A DNA stretch of 64,000 bases. Origin: Podarcis tiliguerta (Eukaryota). The position numbers and the translations under genes were made by a program. This document shows, in pieces, positions 25,230-37,953 of the stretch. Positions within the stretch are counted from its first letter, which is position 1, and every line of letters begins with the position of its first letter. The DNA lies in NCBI GenBank assembly GCA_965153285.1, contig OZ229110.1. One strand, 5' to 3'. Under the pieces are notes generated by a model that did no database searches, had not been told where the DNA came from, and saw only the letters and a list, made by a program, of their open reading frames with translations.

Positions 25230-25580
25230 CTATTATAATTATTTATTACATTTTTATACTGCCCTTCATCCGAGGATCACAAGGCAGTTTAAAATATGAA
25301 AAGACAAGCATAACAGGTAAAAACAATAACACAGACACACTGTTTAAAAGGCCATAGATTGTTTAACTAACCAAAGGTCTGGGAGTAGAATGATGTTTTT
25401 GCCTGGCACCTACAGTTCTGTAATGAAGGTGCTGGGTGGGCCTTCCAGGGGAGAGCATCCCACAAGCAGGGAGCCACCACAGAAAAGTCTCATTCTCATG
25501 TTGCCATCCTCTGGACCTCTCATGGAGGTGGCACGCAAAGAAGGTCCTCAGATGGTGATCTCAAGGTCTGGGTTGGTTCA
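25230..25580 (-). mobile_element. L2 LINE 3' fragment
   Basis: ATTTATTACATTTTTATACTGCCCTTCATCC tail followed by GGGAGAGCATCCCACAAGCAGGGAGCCACCACAGAAAAG (RAFSVVAP-LWN-LP-like on the minus strand). Confidence 0.75.
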
Positions 25581-26194
25581 TCGTTTCACATGCCCCCAAA
25601 TCTGAAACGAATCTTCCCCCTTTACCTCCCTCCCTCCCTCCCATGTGGCATGACTAACATCTATTTGCATGTGTCCCTAGCTTGACTGGCTCACTGTGGT
25701 TTGCTCAGTGAAATAATGAACTGAATACATGCATTCTTTCGCCTTTATCATGACTGGTTTCCACAGAAACAAATGTCCATGTCTTGTGGTTCTCAGGGTA
25801 TGTCTATCACTCAACACGCCCTCCCTACTGAGATGATAGCAGTCATTTTATTAATTACTTTTGTGGGGAGAATGGTACGTGCCAGACTCAACAGGAAGAT
25901 GAAATATACAGCTTTCAATGAAGAAAGTAAACAAGGTCTCTTATTTTCTGCAAACTGCATCTACAAGTAACATCCTGGGACATGAACTGCCTTTATTGAC
26001 CAGGTAAAACAACAGTGGGAAGCAGAGATTGCATAACAAGCCAAAATTATTTTATTTTAGAGCCATTTTTATTTCTAGGCAATTGCATAATTGGCTATGC
26101 TGTGTTGCATACTTAATCAGCTGCTGGAAGCGTTATGCCTGCATCTTCATTGCAATGCCTGGGTTAGGATGGTTTCGAGCTAAAATGTCTAGAT

Positions 26195-26324
26195 CAGGGT
26201 TGCCCTAACTTGGGTCTCCAGCTGTTGTTGGACTACCAATCCACCATCTCTAGCTAGCGGTGGTCAGGGATGATGGGAGTTGTAGTTCAGCAACAGCTGG
26301 AGACCTACAGTTTGGGAAACCTTG
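26195..26324. mobile_element. hAT (Charlie group) palindromic MITE, older
   Basis: TIRs CAGGGTTGCCCTAACT / AGTTTGGGAAACCTTG; flanked by GTCTAGAT at 26187-26194 and 26325-26332. Confidence 0.9.
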
Positions 26325-26332
26325 GTCTAGAT

Positions 26333-26468
26333 CAGGCATAGGCAAACTCCAGCCCTCCAGATGTTTGGGACTACAATTCCCATCATCCCTAGCTAACAGG
26401 ACCAATGGTCAGGGATGATGGGAATTGTAGTCCCAAACATCTGGAGGGCCAGAGTTTGCCTATGCCTG
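26333..26468. mobile_element. hAT (Charlie group) palindromic MITE, young
   Basis: Near-perfect arms of about 58 bp starting CAGGCATAGGCAAACTC; flanked by GTCTAGAT at 26325-26332 and 26469-26476. Confidence 0.95.
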
Positions 26469-27662
26469 GTCTAGATAAACGGTGATGAACAAGAAAGCAA
26501 TAATTGTACTATGCTACTTTTCAGGTAATGGTTTTATCAGGAGTGCAATAACTAAGCTAAGTGGGATAGGTGGAATAGTGGAACAGAAATAAAACTAAGA
26601 AAGAATAGCTTTTTACCTAAGCTCAGTCTGCCGTAGAATCAAATGTCTGTCAACAGTACCATGAAGTAGGGGGCAGAAGGGCTTTCCTGAGCTCCCATCA
26701 GGTCAGTTGCTGATGCTAACCCCAAGGGAGTGTTGGGGAGGCCAAGGAGATCAGTGCTGTGCTGTGCAAATGCATTGGCTGAAATGGAACACCTTTTTAA
26801 AAATAAATAAATAAATCCCTGAAGCTATTGCTTTGAGCATTACATAGGAAGCTGCCTTGCACCAGATGAGGCCATTGGTCCATGTATCTCATTATTGCTC
26901 AGATGCTCAGCAGTTCTCCATAGTTTCGGGGTTTCTTTCCTAGCCCTGCCAGCATTAGCTTGGCATGGCATTGGACATGGTAGTTCAACTGCCCTTGGTC
27001 CTCTCTTAGATCCATTCCTAAACACAGCTTCCAGGAATATGCCTCATTGGAAACAGTTGGACTTGCACCCAAGGAAACATTCTTAGGATTGTAACGGAAT
27101 ACACTGTTGAAATGAGCGCGGACAGAGTTTCTGCTGCAGCAGCTAACAACAGGGTAAAGTGTAGTCTGGTTTTAAACGAGTGGGGTGTTTAGATCCAATA
27201 TGTGTTAGACTTCATTTAATCTTTATTTCATTTAATTTATATTTAAGTTACACAGTTTACACATTTGTTGATGTTCTTAATTAATTTTATTGGGGACCTC
27301 ATTGAGTTATATTAGCTTTTTGCTGTTTAAGGCTTATGTACAGGATTTATTTTTTTCTACATAAGTTCCAACTGTTCACCCATACGTTGTAAGTGCGTAT
27401 AAGCTAACCAGCCATATGGAAGGTCGTTATCATTATCGTAACAGAAGGCTGGTTAAGATCAGTCAAGAATGAGTTTTCTCTAGGAAGGACTAGGTTTTTC
27501 TTGCAGGGGAAATGAAGGATTGCTTTAACTCAATATGGGTTATTGGGTTGTGAGCCCATAAAATTTCCTTCTCAGAAGACTTAGGCTAGGGCTATTTAAT
27601 TGCCCAAGTAGCCCATTCAGGGAGAAGCTGATCAGAACAGAAGCAGTGGCACATACTAACTA

Positions 27663-27907
27663 CAGTGGTACCTCAGATTAAGTACTTAATTCGTTCCAGA
27701 GGTCCTTACTTAACCTGAAACTGTTCTTAACCTGAAGCACCACTTTAGCTAATGGGGCCTCCTGCTGCTGCCACGCCGCCGGAGCACGATTTCTATTCTC
27801 ATCCTGAAGCAAAGTTGTTCTTAACCTGAAGCACTATTTCTGGGTTAGAGGAGTCTGTAAAATGAAGCATATGTAACCTGAAGCGTATGTAACCCGAGGT
27901 ACCACTG
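27663..27907. mobile_element. Tigger/pogo-type (Tc1/mariner) MITE
   Basis: TIRs CAGTGGTACCTC / GAGGTACCACTG, TA on both sides, internal AACCTGAAGC repeats. Confidence 0.92.
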
Positions 27908-29430
27908 TATGTAACTTGTGGCATGGTCATATGTGCACCTCTTTGCTTGATCTCCTACTTCCTTTATTTGAACAGGAGAAAATTGTACAACTGATCTGCA
28001 TGAGCTTAATTTCTGAAAGGCAGCGCTTTGTCCTGGACCTTAGGCAAGTCAGTTGAAAAATTGGAGGCATTTAATTGGCATAATACAAGGGAGAGAGAAA
28101 ATGGAAAGTGAGGACAAACAAAAGGGAATGAATGGGAAAAACCTGAAGTTGCTCCTCTTGTACAGATTTAAATCTGTGCAAGTGTGGACTCCTCTAGTCT
28201 AATATGAAAGGAAGGAGAGTGGATTAACAGCTAAATAATGCTGAAATGTGGGCCAGCCCTGTATCTACAGGACATCCTGCATTTACGCTAAAGGACAAGT
28301 TTCCCCCCTGCTAGGTGATTATTTCAGTCTCTTTGGAGATGCTCCAACTCCATCTGCCAGCCTTAGAGCCTCACACTATGCCTAAATGAGCATGCCTGCC
28401 TCAAGCACTTCCTCCTGTCAGTCACTAACAAGCACCTTGCTGGATAACCAAGCTGGCCACAGCGAAACGTGCGTAGATTCAGCCCACTGGTGCTCACCTA
28501 ATGCTTGAAACGACAGGGAGGGGGAAATGTCAATTAAGATGTCATGCCCAGAGAAGGATAAAAGAGAAATTTGGTTCAGCCAAGGGGCAGCAAGCTGAAC
28601 TGAAGGATGAATAGAATAATGGGGAAGAGAGGAACGAGGAAACCTGTCTCCTGTCACTCACTCTGAACCGCACATAGTGTGCTACAATGATAACTTGCTA
28701 GTGTTGTAAAAAGCCAGTCACATAATGATCCCTGGGCTTCTACCCCAATCCTACTGCCCTTGTTTACTTTCTTCTGAATCCCTGTGTGAACTAATTGCTT
28801 GCAAAAAAAGGTTGGCAGCTCTAATGCGACAGGTTACAGCATGCAAAAGTTGTGGCCAGTCAGACACAGTACGCTTCTCAATATCTCATAGCAAATGGCC
28901 AGAAAGAGAGTTGACCATGCTAGAAAATGGAGATCCTGGGTCTATGGACTTCCTCCTTTCACTTCAGTGAAGAAGAAGCCTTGCTAGGTAAATCATTGGA
29001 AAAACCGGACTCCCCTTCCATCTGAAAGCCCTTGCTCTGTGTGTGCATGGAAGCCTCAGTTCTCTGGATCAGAGCAGTTTACTGTGTATTTAAAGAACTA
29101 CCTTATTACATAGCAAGAATCGAGGTGGTTAGGACAGTGAGCTGAAAAAAGGGTTAAATTTTGGCCCCATTCAGAATGCAGGAAGGAAGCACCACACACA
29201 CATATATATGGGCATTCTCTGGTTCAGGTATAATACCTGAACAGGGCTAGCAAGGACAATGCTTCTGGCCCCACTCTGATGTGGCTTTGTGACAAATTAA
29301 TCCAGACAAAGTTGATTGGCTGCATAATGGTATGATGTCATTATACTACCAACATATGATCCCTGATAGATTGGGCTTGCTTCAAGAAAAAAACAGTCAA
29401 TAAACAAAATGTGTATCCAGGTTCAGCAGG

Positions 29431-29919
29431 TGTCAGGGACTGGGCAGAGGGGAAATGGAGGAGACCGCCTCCTCAGCCTGACCCTTCCAGAGAAGAAGAC
29501 AGTTCAGAATTACAACAGGGGTTTGAGGGAGGTCACAGCTCAGAGGAAGATGAGGGGAAAAGCTGGGAAATAATGGGAATGGATGAGGAAGAAGAACTAG
29601 AGGAAGGACAGCTGACAGACACAGTGTCTTTAGAAAGCGTTCCAGACCCCACCCCCTCCCAGAACCTGGCAAGCACTGAAAGTAGGAGAGCAGAAAGCTC
29701 AGAGGCTGAGGGCACTTTTCAGCACCCTATAGTGATGACACATGAAGGGAGAGAGGGAAGGGGTGGAGACTCACTCAGGGCAACGTCATTATTCCAAGAG
29801 GCTGCATTTCCAAACCTTTCTCTGTGAATATTGAATAAAAAGCAGTTGGTAAGAACTTTTCATTGTCTTACCTGTTCCTGGCGACCTGCCATGGGGGTTG
29901 GATCCACTGCCGCCTGACA
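29431..29919 (+). mobile_element. Solo LTR, probably Ty3/Gypsy
   Basis: TGTCAGG...CCTGACA termini (7-bp inverted repeat), flanks GCAGG/GCAGT (5-bp TSD, 1 mismatch), AATAAA at 29834-29839, no internal region on either side. Confidence 0.8.
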
Positions 29920-30270
29920 GCAGTGAGAGTCTCATGAGCTTCCTTCTGCTCTTGCCCCACCCCCAAAAAAAATTCAAAGGCAGAGCATAACTCAGCAAAG
30001 CCCAAGTTGAATGATCCTATAAAGAAGACGAGGAGACAGCTTTGCCTAACAGAGCTGACATCTTTGCTCTTTCTTGTGCACAATCAGAAACATCTTTGTC
30101 TTCCACAATTCATATTTAAGTGGGAGTTTTTCAGATCATGCAATGGCTACTTTAAGAGAGCAATGCAGAGGAAGAAATGCCAAATAAAGAGGCAGAAATA
30201 CCCACACCCCAAATATACTAATGTAGCTCAAATGCAATCTCAATTCTGTGACCTGTTTTAATTCAACTTA

Positions 30271-30496
30271 CAGTAGTACCTTACATATGCTTACATAACT
30301 TACATACGCTTCAGGTTACACACTCCGCTAACCTAGAAATAGTGCTTCAGGTTAAGAACTTTGCTTCAGGATAAGAACAGAAATCGGGCTCAGGCAGCAC
30401 GGCGGCAGCAGGAGGCCCCATTAGCTAAAGTGGTGCTTCAGGTTAAGAACAGTTTCAGGTTAAGAATGGACCTCCAGAACAAATTAAGTACCACTG
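30271..30496. mobile_element. Tigger/pogo-type MITE (opposite orientation to 27663)
   Basis: TA-CAGTAGTACC ... GTACCACTG-TA; body is the reverse complement of 27663-27907. Confidence 0.9.
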
Positions 30497-32529
30497 TATT
30501 TGCAGGTTTTCCTTTGTTTGCATAATTCATTCTGTTTCTCCCCATCACAGAGAGGTCAGTAAGCTATATATGGCATGGATCTTCAGTCTATGGCCACTGG
30601 AGATCCTGTTGATCTCACTAAGCATAGAGCATTAGCTATACAGTCATAAAGGCTGGAATTTTACTTTTAAACATTTTTAAAAAACCACACACAAATAAAT
30701 CCTCAAGATGCTGAAATCTGTGGCCCCTTATGCTCTTATTCACATGAATAGACAAAGCCCTGAGCAATGAGACTAGTTTACCTAGTGTTTCAGTGAGAAG
30801 TATAAAATGGGGTGCAGGGAGTTAACCATTCATGCCTTGGTATTTGTGTTTGTTTCTAAGGTACCCTTGCATTGCTCTGTTAATGCAAAAGTTGTATATC
30901 AACAGTGACAATATGGGGAATTAGAGTTATTCAATGGCAGATATGTAAGCAGGCTAACAACGCTGCTTTCCATCTTCAATCCTCTGTGGGCAGTAAATGG
31001 AAACGAACCTTTTAGAGACAAACACTTTTTTGTGAATAACTTGTGGCTTTTCTGAAAACCCGTCAACAGTTTTATAGAAGAAACGTCCCAGGAAATGTTT
31101 GCTACCCAGTGATAAAAGAATAGGCACTCTAAGCGCATATTCCAAAATACTTCTTCAAAAGGCAATAACTGTGACTTTGTTTTTTTTACTTCAGCAGCGA
31201 GACAAATGTGGAGTGAGTCTGTAGCTGTGATTCAGTAGGTGCCTTCAGATGTGCAGAAAGCATCCATTAGGACTCATTTTGTCCTCCCTTTCAATGCCAC
31301 TGTCAAAATCACAAGCTGCTTTTGAAACTCCCTGAGGTTAAAAGAAGTTTGAAATCTGTGCACAGGGGATGTGCTGTTTGGAAGGATGAGTGGAGATCTC
31401 ACTCGGGGTACGCAGACCAAGCCGCGTGTTTCTCTGGCCTGTGGGTCTACATAATCGTTACATGTCTATCAATGTATGTGTCAATAGGTAAAAAGACTCG
31501 AGAGTGATGTACAATTCAAAACACAAAAGACAAGCAACAAAATTAAGTGCTAAAATTGGAGACAGCAGCAGAGTCCAGCTTAAAATCGTTCTGCAACTTG
31601 GCACGGAAATGAGTATAACAGTGAATAAAGTTTGATGTAGCTTCAAAGGCAGTGGATTTGGCAACATGAGTAAACCCCTTCCAGAGCTAACCTCAGGGAC
31701 AAACTACACATTTTCAATAGCTTCATAGAACAGGTTCAGTGATGGTTTCCAACTCTTGGCATACAGAATTTTGGTACCTAGGTAAGTGGTACAAGCGGGG
31801 GTAATGCTCTGTAAGTCTAAGATGTACAGCTTATTACATGTGCATGCAAATTTCTGACATCCAAGCAGTGCCACCCATGCAGTCCCCTCTTCAGCTTTTA
31901 TCTACCTAATCATTGGGAGTAAGACTCCATAGGTCTGAAATAAGGCACCTACACACTGCGGCGGGGCTAGCAGGATATACAGCACTGGGCATGATGTTCT
32001 CCCTTCCCCAAGGATAGGCCATACACATGGATAAGGTCTGAAGAGTGACGCAATTGAAACAGGGCCCTGATTTCTACTGTGCCACTATCAGAAAGCAGGA
32101 AGCAACCTCCTTGCACATTAAGCAAGTCAAGAGAGCAAACTGTTGAATGGTCTCTTTAAATGTGAAGGTTCATTATTGTTCCACAAGATGTGTTTTTCTT
32201 TCAGGGCCAGAGCAAATAACATGATCTAGTTTTACAGCTGTGAAGCAGTATAGCAGGTGCTGTTAAGTTATGTTAATTAAGCTGTTGGGTATAATATATG
32301 AAGAGCAGCACCTAGCTCTCTCAGTACCTTGGTGGATGGGTTGGTGTTTGGGTCATGCTTATTGATATTAATGTAAAAGGAGTTTTTGTTATTAAAACCT
32401 AGGAAAAGTTATTTTGTGTTTCTTGAATATGTGGTCTCCCCAGCAAGCTTTCTGCAGAGCAACTAATCTGCAAATAGCCCACACAAACTAGGCCACTAGC
32501 TTACTCAAGTCACACCAATATCTCATATG

Positions 32530-32870
32530 TAATTATTGATTTATACCCCAACTTCCTCTGATCAATCATGCTCAAGGCATGTTAAAAGCAAAATATGTAA
32601 ACATGACAAATGAAAAACAAGTGCTAAAACAATTGCCCATCAGAATAGACCAGTCTTAAGAGTCTGTTTAAAAGGCAAATTTAGAGGAGGCGGGCAGGTG
32701 AACCTCCTTGAGAAAACTATTCCCTTGCTATGGCGCCACAACTAAAAAGACCCTCTCTTTCATCCAATCAACCATACGTCTGTTGGCAATGGGATAATAA
32801 ATAGGAAATCAGGAACTGAACACAGATCTGGAGCAGGTTCATCTCACAGGAGGAATCTCGGGTTCATATG
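32530..32870 (-). mobile_element. Old L2 LINE 3' fragment
   Basis: ATTGATTTATACCCCAAC tail; GAGAAAACTATTCC...GCGCCACAACTAAAAAGACCCT. Confidence 0.55.
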
Positions 32871-33446
32871 TGTAGAAACACAAAAGCTTTTTCCCATTCT
32901 CCAGTCACTTCCAGACAACCTGTTCATTGAGCATTCATCTTGATTTGCTAGCATAAGTTTGCAGTAATTAATGGGGGCAGGAAAAGCAGATTAGGAATGG
33001 GGGGGTAAAGACAGTGTTCTGTTCTCATCCTGAGCTACAATCCCAGAAGTAAAACAAAGCAAAACTGGTTGAGTACTCCCCTGCCCACTCCACACCATCA
33101 GACAGCAACCCTAGCTGCAATGTTCTGAATGCAGGGAAGCCATTCAAAAAGGTTCCTGCAGTTTGCTAAAAAACAAACAGCCATGGCTGACCAGCTCCAT
33201 TCAGAAACTTCTCCCACAGAGTGAGCAATTTGTTTCTTAATAGCTGGGGCTGAACATTTCAGGTATCAGAAAATGAAAGAAATTTGGTAACAAGTCACAC
33301 TGCCTTATGATTGCTTGGCAGTCAGTCAAACTTTGAGTTTGGAGATAGAGCCTTGAGCAACTAGTTTACTTATTTGGAATCAAAATGCTGAAAATTGTGC
33401 AGTGATAATTTCTGTAAGGCATTTGAGCAGGAATAACAAAGATTGG

Positions 33447-33801
33447 AGGGACACGGGTGGAGCTGTGGGTTAAACCACAGAGTCTAGGACTTGCTGACCA
33501 GAAGGTTGGCAATTCGAATCCCCGCAACAGGGTGAGCTCCCGTTGCTCGGTCCCTGCTCCTGCCAACCTAGCAGTTCAAAAGCATGTCAAAGTGCAAGTA
33601 GATAAATAGGTACCGCTCCAGCGGAAAGGTAAACAGCGTTTCTGTGCACTGCTCTGGTTTGCCAGAAGCGGCTTAGTCATGCTGACCACATGACCCGGAA
33701 GCTGTACACCGACTCCCTCAGTCAATAAAGCGAGATGAGTGCCGCAACCCCAGAGTTGGTCATGACTGGACCTAATGGTCAGGGGTCCCTTTACCTTTAC
33801 C
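33447..33801 (+). mobile_element. Sauria SINE (Squam1), full length
   Basis: GGGACACGGGTGG head, B box GCAATTCGAATCC, (ACCTTT)n tail; TSD TAACAAAGATTGG at 33434-33446 and 33802-33814. Confidence 0.95.
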
Positions 33802-33967
33802 TAACAAAGATTGGGTGGCTGGCACTCTACTTTGTACTCCTAAATATATTCTTAGGCTGCAATCCTATACCTGCTTGCTTAGGAGCAGTCCCATTGAACT
33901 CAGTGGGGCTTATTTCTGAAGAGATGCGCACTGCTAGCTTTAAGTGCAGGGTACCTTTGCTCACAGC

Positions 33968-34331
33968 AGGGACACGGGTGGCGCTGTGGGTTAAAGCCTC
34001 AGTGCCTAGGGCTTGCCGATTGAAAGGTCGGTGGTTTGAATCCCCGCGGCGGGGTGCGCTCCCGCTGTTCGGTCCCAGCGCCTGCCAACCTAGCAGTTCG
34101 AAAGCACCCCTGGGTGCAAGTAGATAAATAGGGGCCGCTTACTACCGGGAAGGTAAACGGCGTTTCCGTGTGTGGCTCTGGCTCGCCAGAGCAGCGATGT
34201 CACGCTGGCCACGTGACCCGGAAGTGTCTTCGGACAGCGCTGGCCCTTGGCCTCTTTGAGTGAGATGGGTGCACAACCCTAGAGTCTGTCAAGACTGGCC
34301 CGTACGGGCAGGGGTACCTTTACCTTTCCCT
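33968..34331 (+). mobile_element. Sauria SINE, CpG-rich young subfamily
   Basis: Diagnostic 3' part GACTGGCCCGTACGGGCAGGGGTACCTTT; TSD TACCTTTGCTCACA at 33952-33965 and 34332-34345. Confidence 0.95.
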
Positions 34332-36049
34332 TACCTTTGCTCACACAGACCCAGGGACCCTCCTTCCATCCTGCCTGTCACAACGATGGCCATTTTGCTA
34401 GTGTTCCATTAAAAATTAGTTATGGTCTTGAATTGTTGGGGAGGGCGACTCTCTGCATTGCCTTTTTAAGAAGCCGTAGAATAGAAGGGCACTAACAAAG
34501 GACACAAAGGCGTTCACATATATTCCGGAGGAAAGGGCAAAGGGGTAGCCACAAAAGGGTAAAAAAAAAAAAAAGCCCAGAGAATAGGTGGAACTTCGAA
34601 ATGAAGAAATAGAGCGCTGACCTTCAGAATTTCACAGCAGTCCTAACAAAAGGCAAGGAGGCAGATTTCTACAGTCAGTGCTTTAACTTCAGACCCAGGG
34701 GGTTAAAAAGATAATAACTGGCAGGAACGTCCTTTAAAACATTCTCATTACTACCAATGCAAGAATCTCAGGAAAGTGCTTTTGTCTCTAGCACAGCACA
34801 CAGTTCGTTGTTGCTTAGTGACAAGCAAAAGACCATAAACCATTTTGTACAAGGTTCACAAAGAAGAGTAAAAGACATTCCTCTTCACTTGCTTATATAA
34901 AGGAATATTAGCATTACATTTTTTCCCCATCCCACACGTACCCCTCTAAAGTAGGCCAACCATTCTGTTTACCCACTCTGAACCACATCCTATTTTCATT
35001 TCATGACCATCATCATTCAGCAGACTGCTTCTGGTAAATTGTTTATATGTAATGTTTTTGAGATTAGAATCTCTGTCCTAGTTTATATACTACTCCAACA
35101 ATGTGACTGTCACCAGGAAGCCAAAACATAAGAAGACCCTTGCTGGATCAGAGCAAAAGCCTACTGGGTCCAGAATTCTTTCAACGGAAGTGGAAGAAAT
35201 TTGCAGGTGTAGTTGCTCGTGAAAAATAGATAAAGCCTGCCAAATCACAGGCAAATAGATCCAGGGGCTTTTATGCTGGACGCCTTGAAATCATTTCGAA
35301 ATCCTTAATCTTTGTGGCAAAATTAGATTATATTGGCAGGTTTCCTCAACCCATCTGAGGGTATGAATCCTGCCAAATTTCAGACGAATAAATGCAACGG
35401 TTTTTCTGCAAGGACAGCCTTTACAAAGTTGGGATGGGTAAAAAAATTTTTTAAAGGAAGCACTTAACCTCCTCTAGTTATTTGTGGACAATTCGTCTGA
35501 AAATAGTGACTATGAGAGAGGTGTTGCTAAGTTGACTTGACAAAGTGCAGACAAATTGCTCCAGTAGTTCTGAATTGCCAGGGCACCATGAAACACTTCC
35601 TGGTGCCCTGGTGTCCTCACTTCATTTTAGGCTGTCTCGTACAGATCCTACTTTGCCTCAAACAAGACTTATCTAACCCAACATGCTCTTCTCACAGTTG
35701 CCAACCAGTTGCCCATGGAAAGCATGGAAGCAAGATATGAGTGGCCCTGAGATTTATGGGCTCAAAACTGAGACCTAGGGGTAGTCCAGTGATGTCACAT
35801 GGAATGGGCCCCATTGACGTAATGGGAAAAGGTCTCTTTTCCCTCAGCCACCATATCCTATGTGACATCATAGAAGATCCACAGTCAACAGCAACAGCTG
35901 AATAGGCATCCACACAACCTTCCCAGGCCTGATTATTGTGGGGCACCTCAACACTCATTTATTTACTTATTGCTTATTTCTCAACCAACCCACCCTTCAT
36001 GTGTACTGATACGGGCGGATGAGAGATACTTTAACGCTGCAGGTTTTAT

Positions 36050-36792
36050 GTTTGCTTATTTATTTTTGAAGAAAAAGATAGAATGAACACTACATATACT
36101 GTATATATAACCACACAGCAAAAAACAGTTCCAAATCCAAATATCAAGATTACCCTGAACTCCTGACTTCTCCCGATCCCTTCCATGGGCCCTAAAGTAA
36201 TTATTTACAACTGCATATCAATACTTACCCAAATTTTTAATCCTTCTATATCCATACTTTCCAGTACTTTACAAGTGTGCTCAAAATCTTGCTAATGTTT
36301 TAACCTACTTACAGTGGTCTCGTAAGAAAATTATTAAAGTTCTTGTCTTCTTGATTTTTGAGCTTCCCAGTTAATTTTGACATTTCGGCATAGTCCATCA
36401 ACTTGGTTTGCCAGTTTTCTGTGGTCAGTGTAGTTTCTAACTTCCATTTCTGGACTAGTAGCATCTGTGCGGCTGTTGTCGCATACATAAACAATCTTTT
36501 CTGGTCCTTTGGTATCTCGGTACCTATAATTCCTAGCAAAAAAAGCTTCTGGTTTTTTAACAAAAGTTATTTTAAACATTTTATATTATATATCATCTCC
36601 CAGAAATTTTTAGTTACTTTATACGTCCACCACATATGATAAAAGGCACCTTCTTTTTCTTTACATTTCCAGCAGATATTTGAACTTGTTCTGTACATTT
36701 TTGCTAACTTGGCAGGTGTCAAATACCACCTTTACATCATTTTCATATAATTTTCTTTCAGTGAACAACATGCCGTGAATTTCAGTGTTTTC
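36050..36792 (-). mobile_element. L1-clade LINE 3' fragment (ORF2 CCHC zinc-knuckle region plus 3' UTR), degraded
   Basis: Minus strand translates to RWYLTPAKLAKMYRTSSNICWKCKEKEGAFYHMWW...NFWEMI and, across frameshifts, KPEAF/LLGII...LFMYATTAA...QKWK...LMDYAEMSKLT. Confidence 0.88.
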
Positions 36793-37449
36793 TATAACCT
36801 CTCCCCCAGCCACGGCTATCAGCTGCCTTCCAGCAGGCGAACTTGCCTTATTTAGTGCTCCATATCATTCCACAGCCAGACGGGTGCCTCCCTCCATTTT
36901 CCAATTCACCTCTTGCAGGTGGAAGAAGACTGGGCAATGATGGCTGTCACAGCTGCTGCCTGCTGGGTTCTGTTGGGGAAGAGGGGAAAATCCACTCAGT
37001 TGCCATGTGCTTTTGTGATATCACAGGTAATTCGTAGTCAATGGTAACTGCTTGGGAAGCCTCACAATTTTAGGTGCACATCAGTGCAATGATTTATTTG
37101 TGTGTGTGCTTATTAACAATATTTCCTATAGCCCCTCCTTCTATCAACTCCCCATCCCAATCTCTCAACTAGTTAAGCCATCACTGTTCCAGGAAACATT
37201 CCAGCTTGGGGGGAAACCCTTGAGAGGGGTTCAGAGGAAAGCTGGTGAGGGGCACAGCATGGGGAGTATTTCAAGGATGAGACAAGAGTAGTCTGGAGGG
37301 CTGGATTTAGCCTGAAGACTAAGGTGCCCTACAGATAATTGCAACATTAAACAGTGGAAGTGGAGCATAGAAACTGTGGCTAGTAGCTGTTGGTGCCTTA
37401 TCAAGGTGCAGCAATAAAACAGCTAGCACATTTGCAAAGTTAAGCAGGG

Positions 37450-37530
37450 TCCGGTGTGGTTTCAAATTGGATGGGTGACTGGACTAGACTGACCCTCAGA
37501 GTCCTTTCCAACTCTACATTCTATTATTCT
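37450..37530 (+). mobile_element. CR1-type 3' terminus
   Basis: GGACTAGACTGACCCTCAGAGTCCTTTCCAACTCTACATTCTATTATTCTA. Confidence 0.65.
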
Positions 37531-37648
37531 AACTTCACCTATGCCCCATTTGTATAACAGTACGTGTTGGCTGCTAGGTAGCATTAACTGGTTCCAAGGC
37601 TGCAAATACTTTCAAGGCACATTATTTCCCTCAATGAATTTGGAGTTT

Positions 37649-37675
37649 AACACACACACACACACACACACACAC
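37649..37675. repeat. (AC)n microsatellite
   Basis: Direct reading. Confidence 0.95.
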
Positions 37676-37761
37676 CCTTCCCCGAGTTACCATCCCCAGC
37701 AACCCTTAACAAGCTACAGTGCCCATAATTCCTTGAACCTTAAGTTTCTATCAGTATAACT

Positions 37762-37953
37762 CACGTGTAGTCAACCTTTTTATACCAACCGCCCACTATA
37801 CACTGTACATCTTTCTTGATGGTAAAATTTCCCTACTGCCCACCAGTGCTCGATGGAAGGAGGATTCAGCTTGTGCCATAAAACCCCCTACCGCCCACCT
37901 AGAATCCCAAAACACCCACTAGTGGGCAGGAAGGACCAGGTTGACAACCCCTA
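37762..37953. mobile_element. Non-autonomous hAT MITE resembling bat Myotis hAT/nhAT-type elements
   Basis: TIR-like GTAGTCAACCT / AGGTTGACAAC, repeated ACCGCCCAC motifs, perfect 8-bp TSD GTATAACT at 37754-37761 and 37954-37961; family name from recall. Confidence 0.8.
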
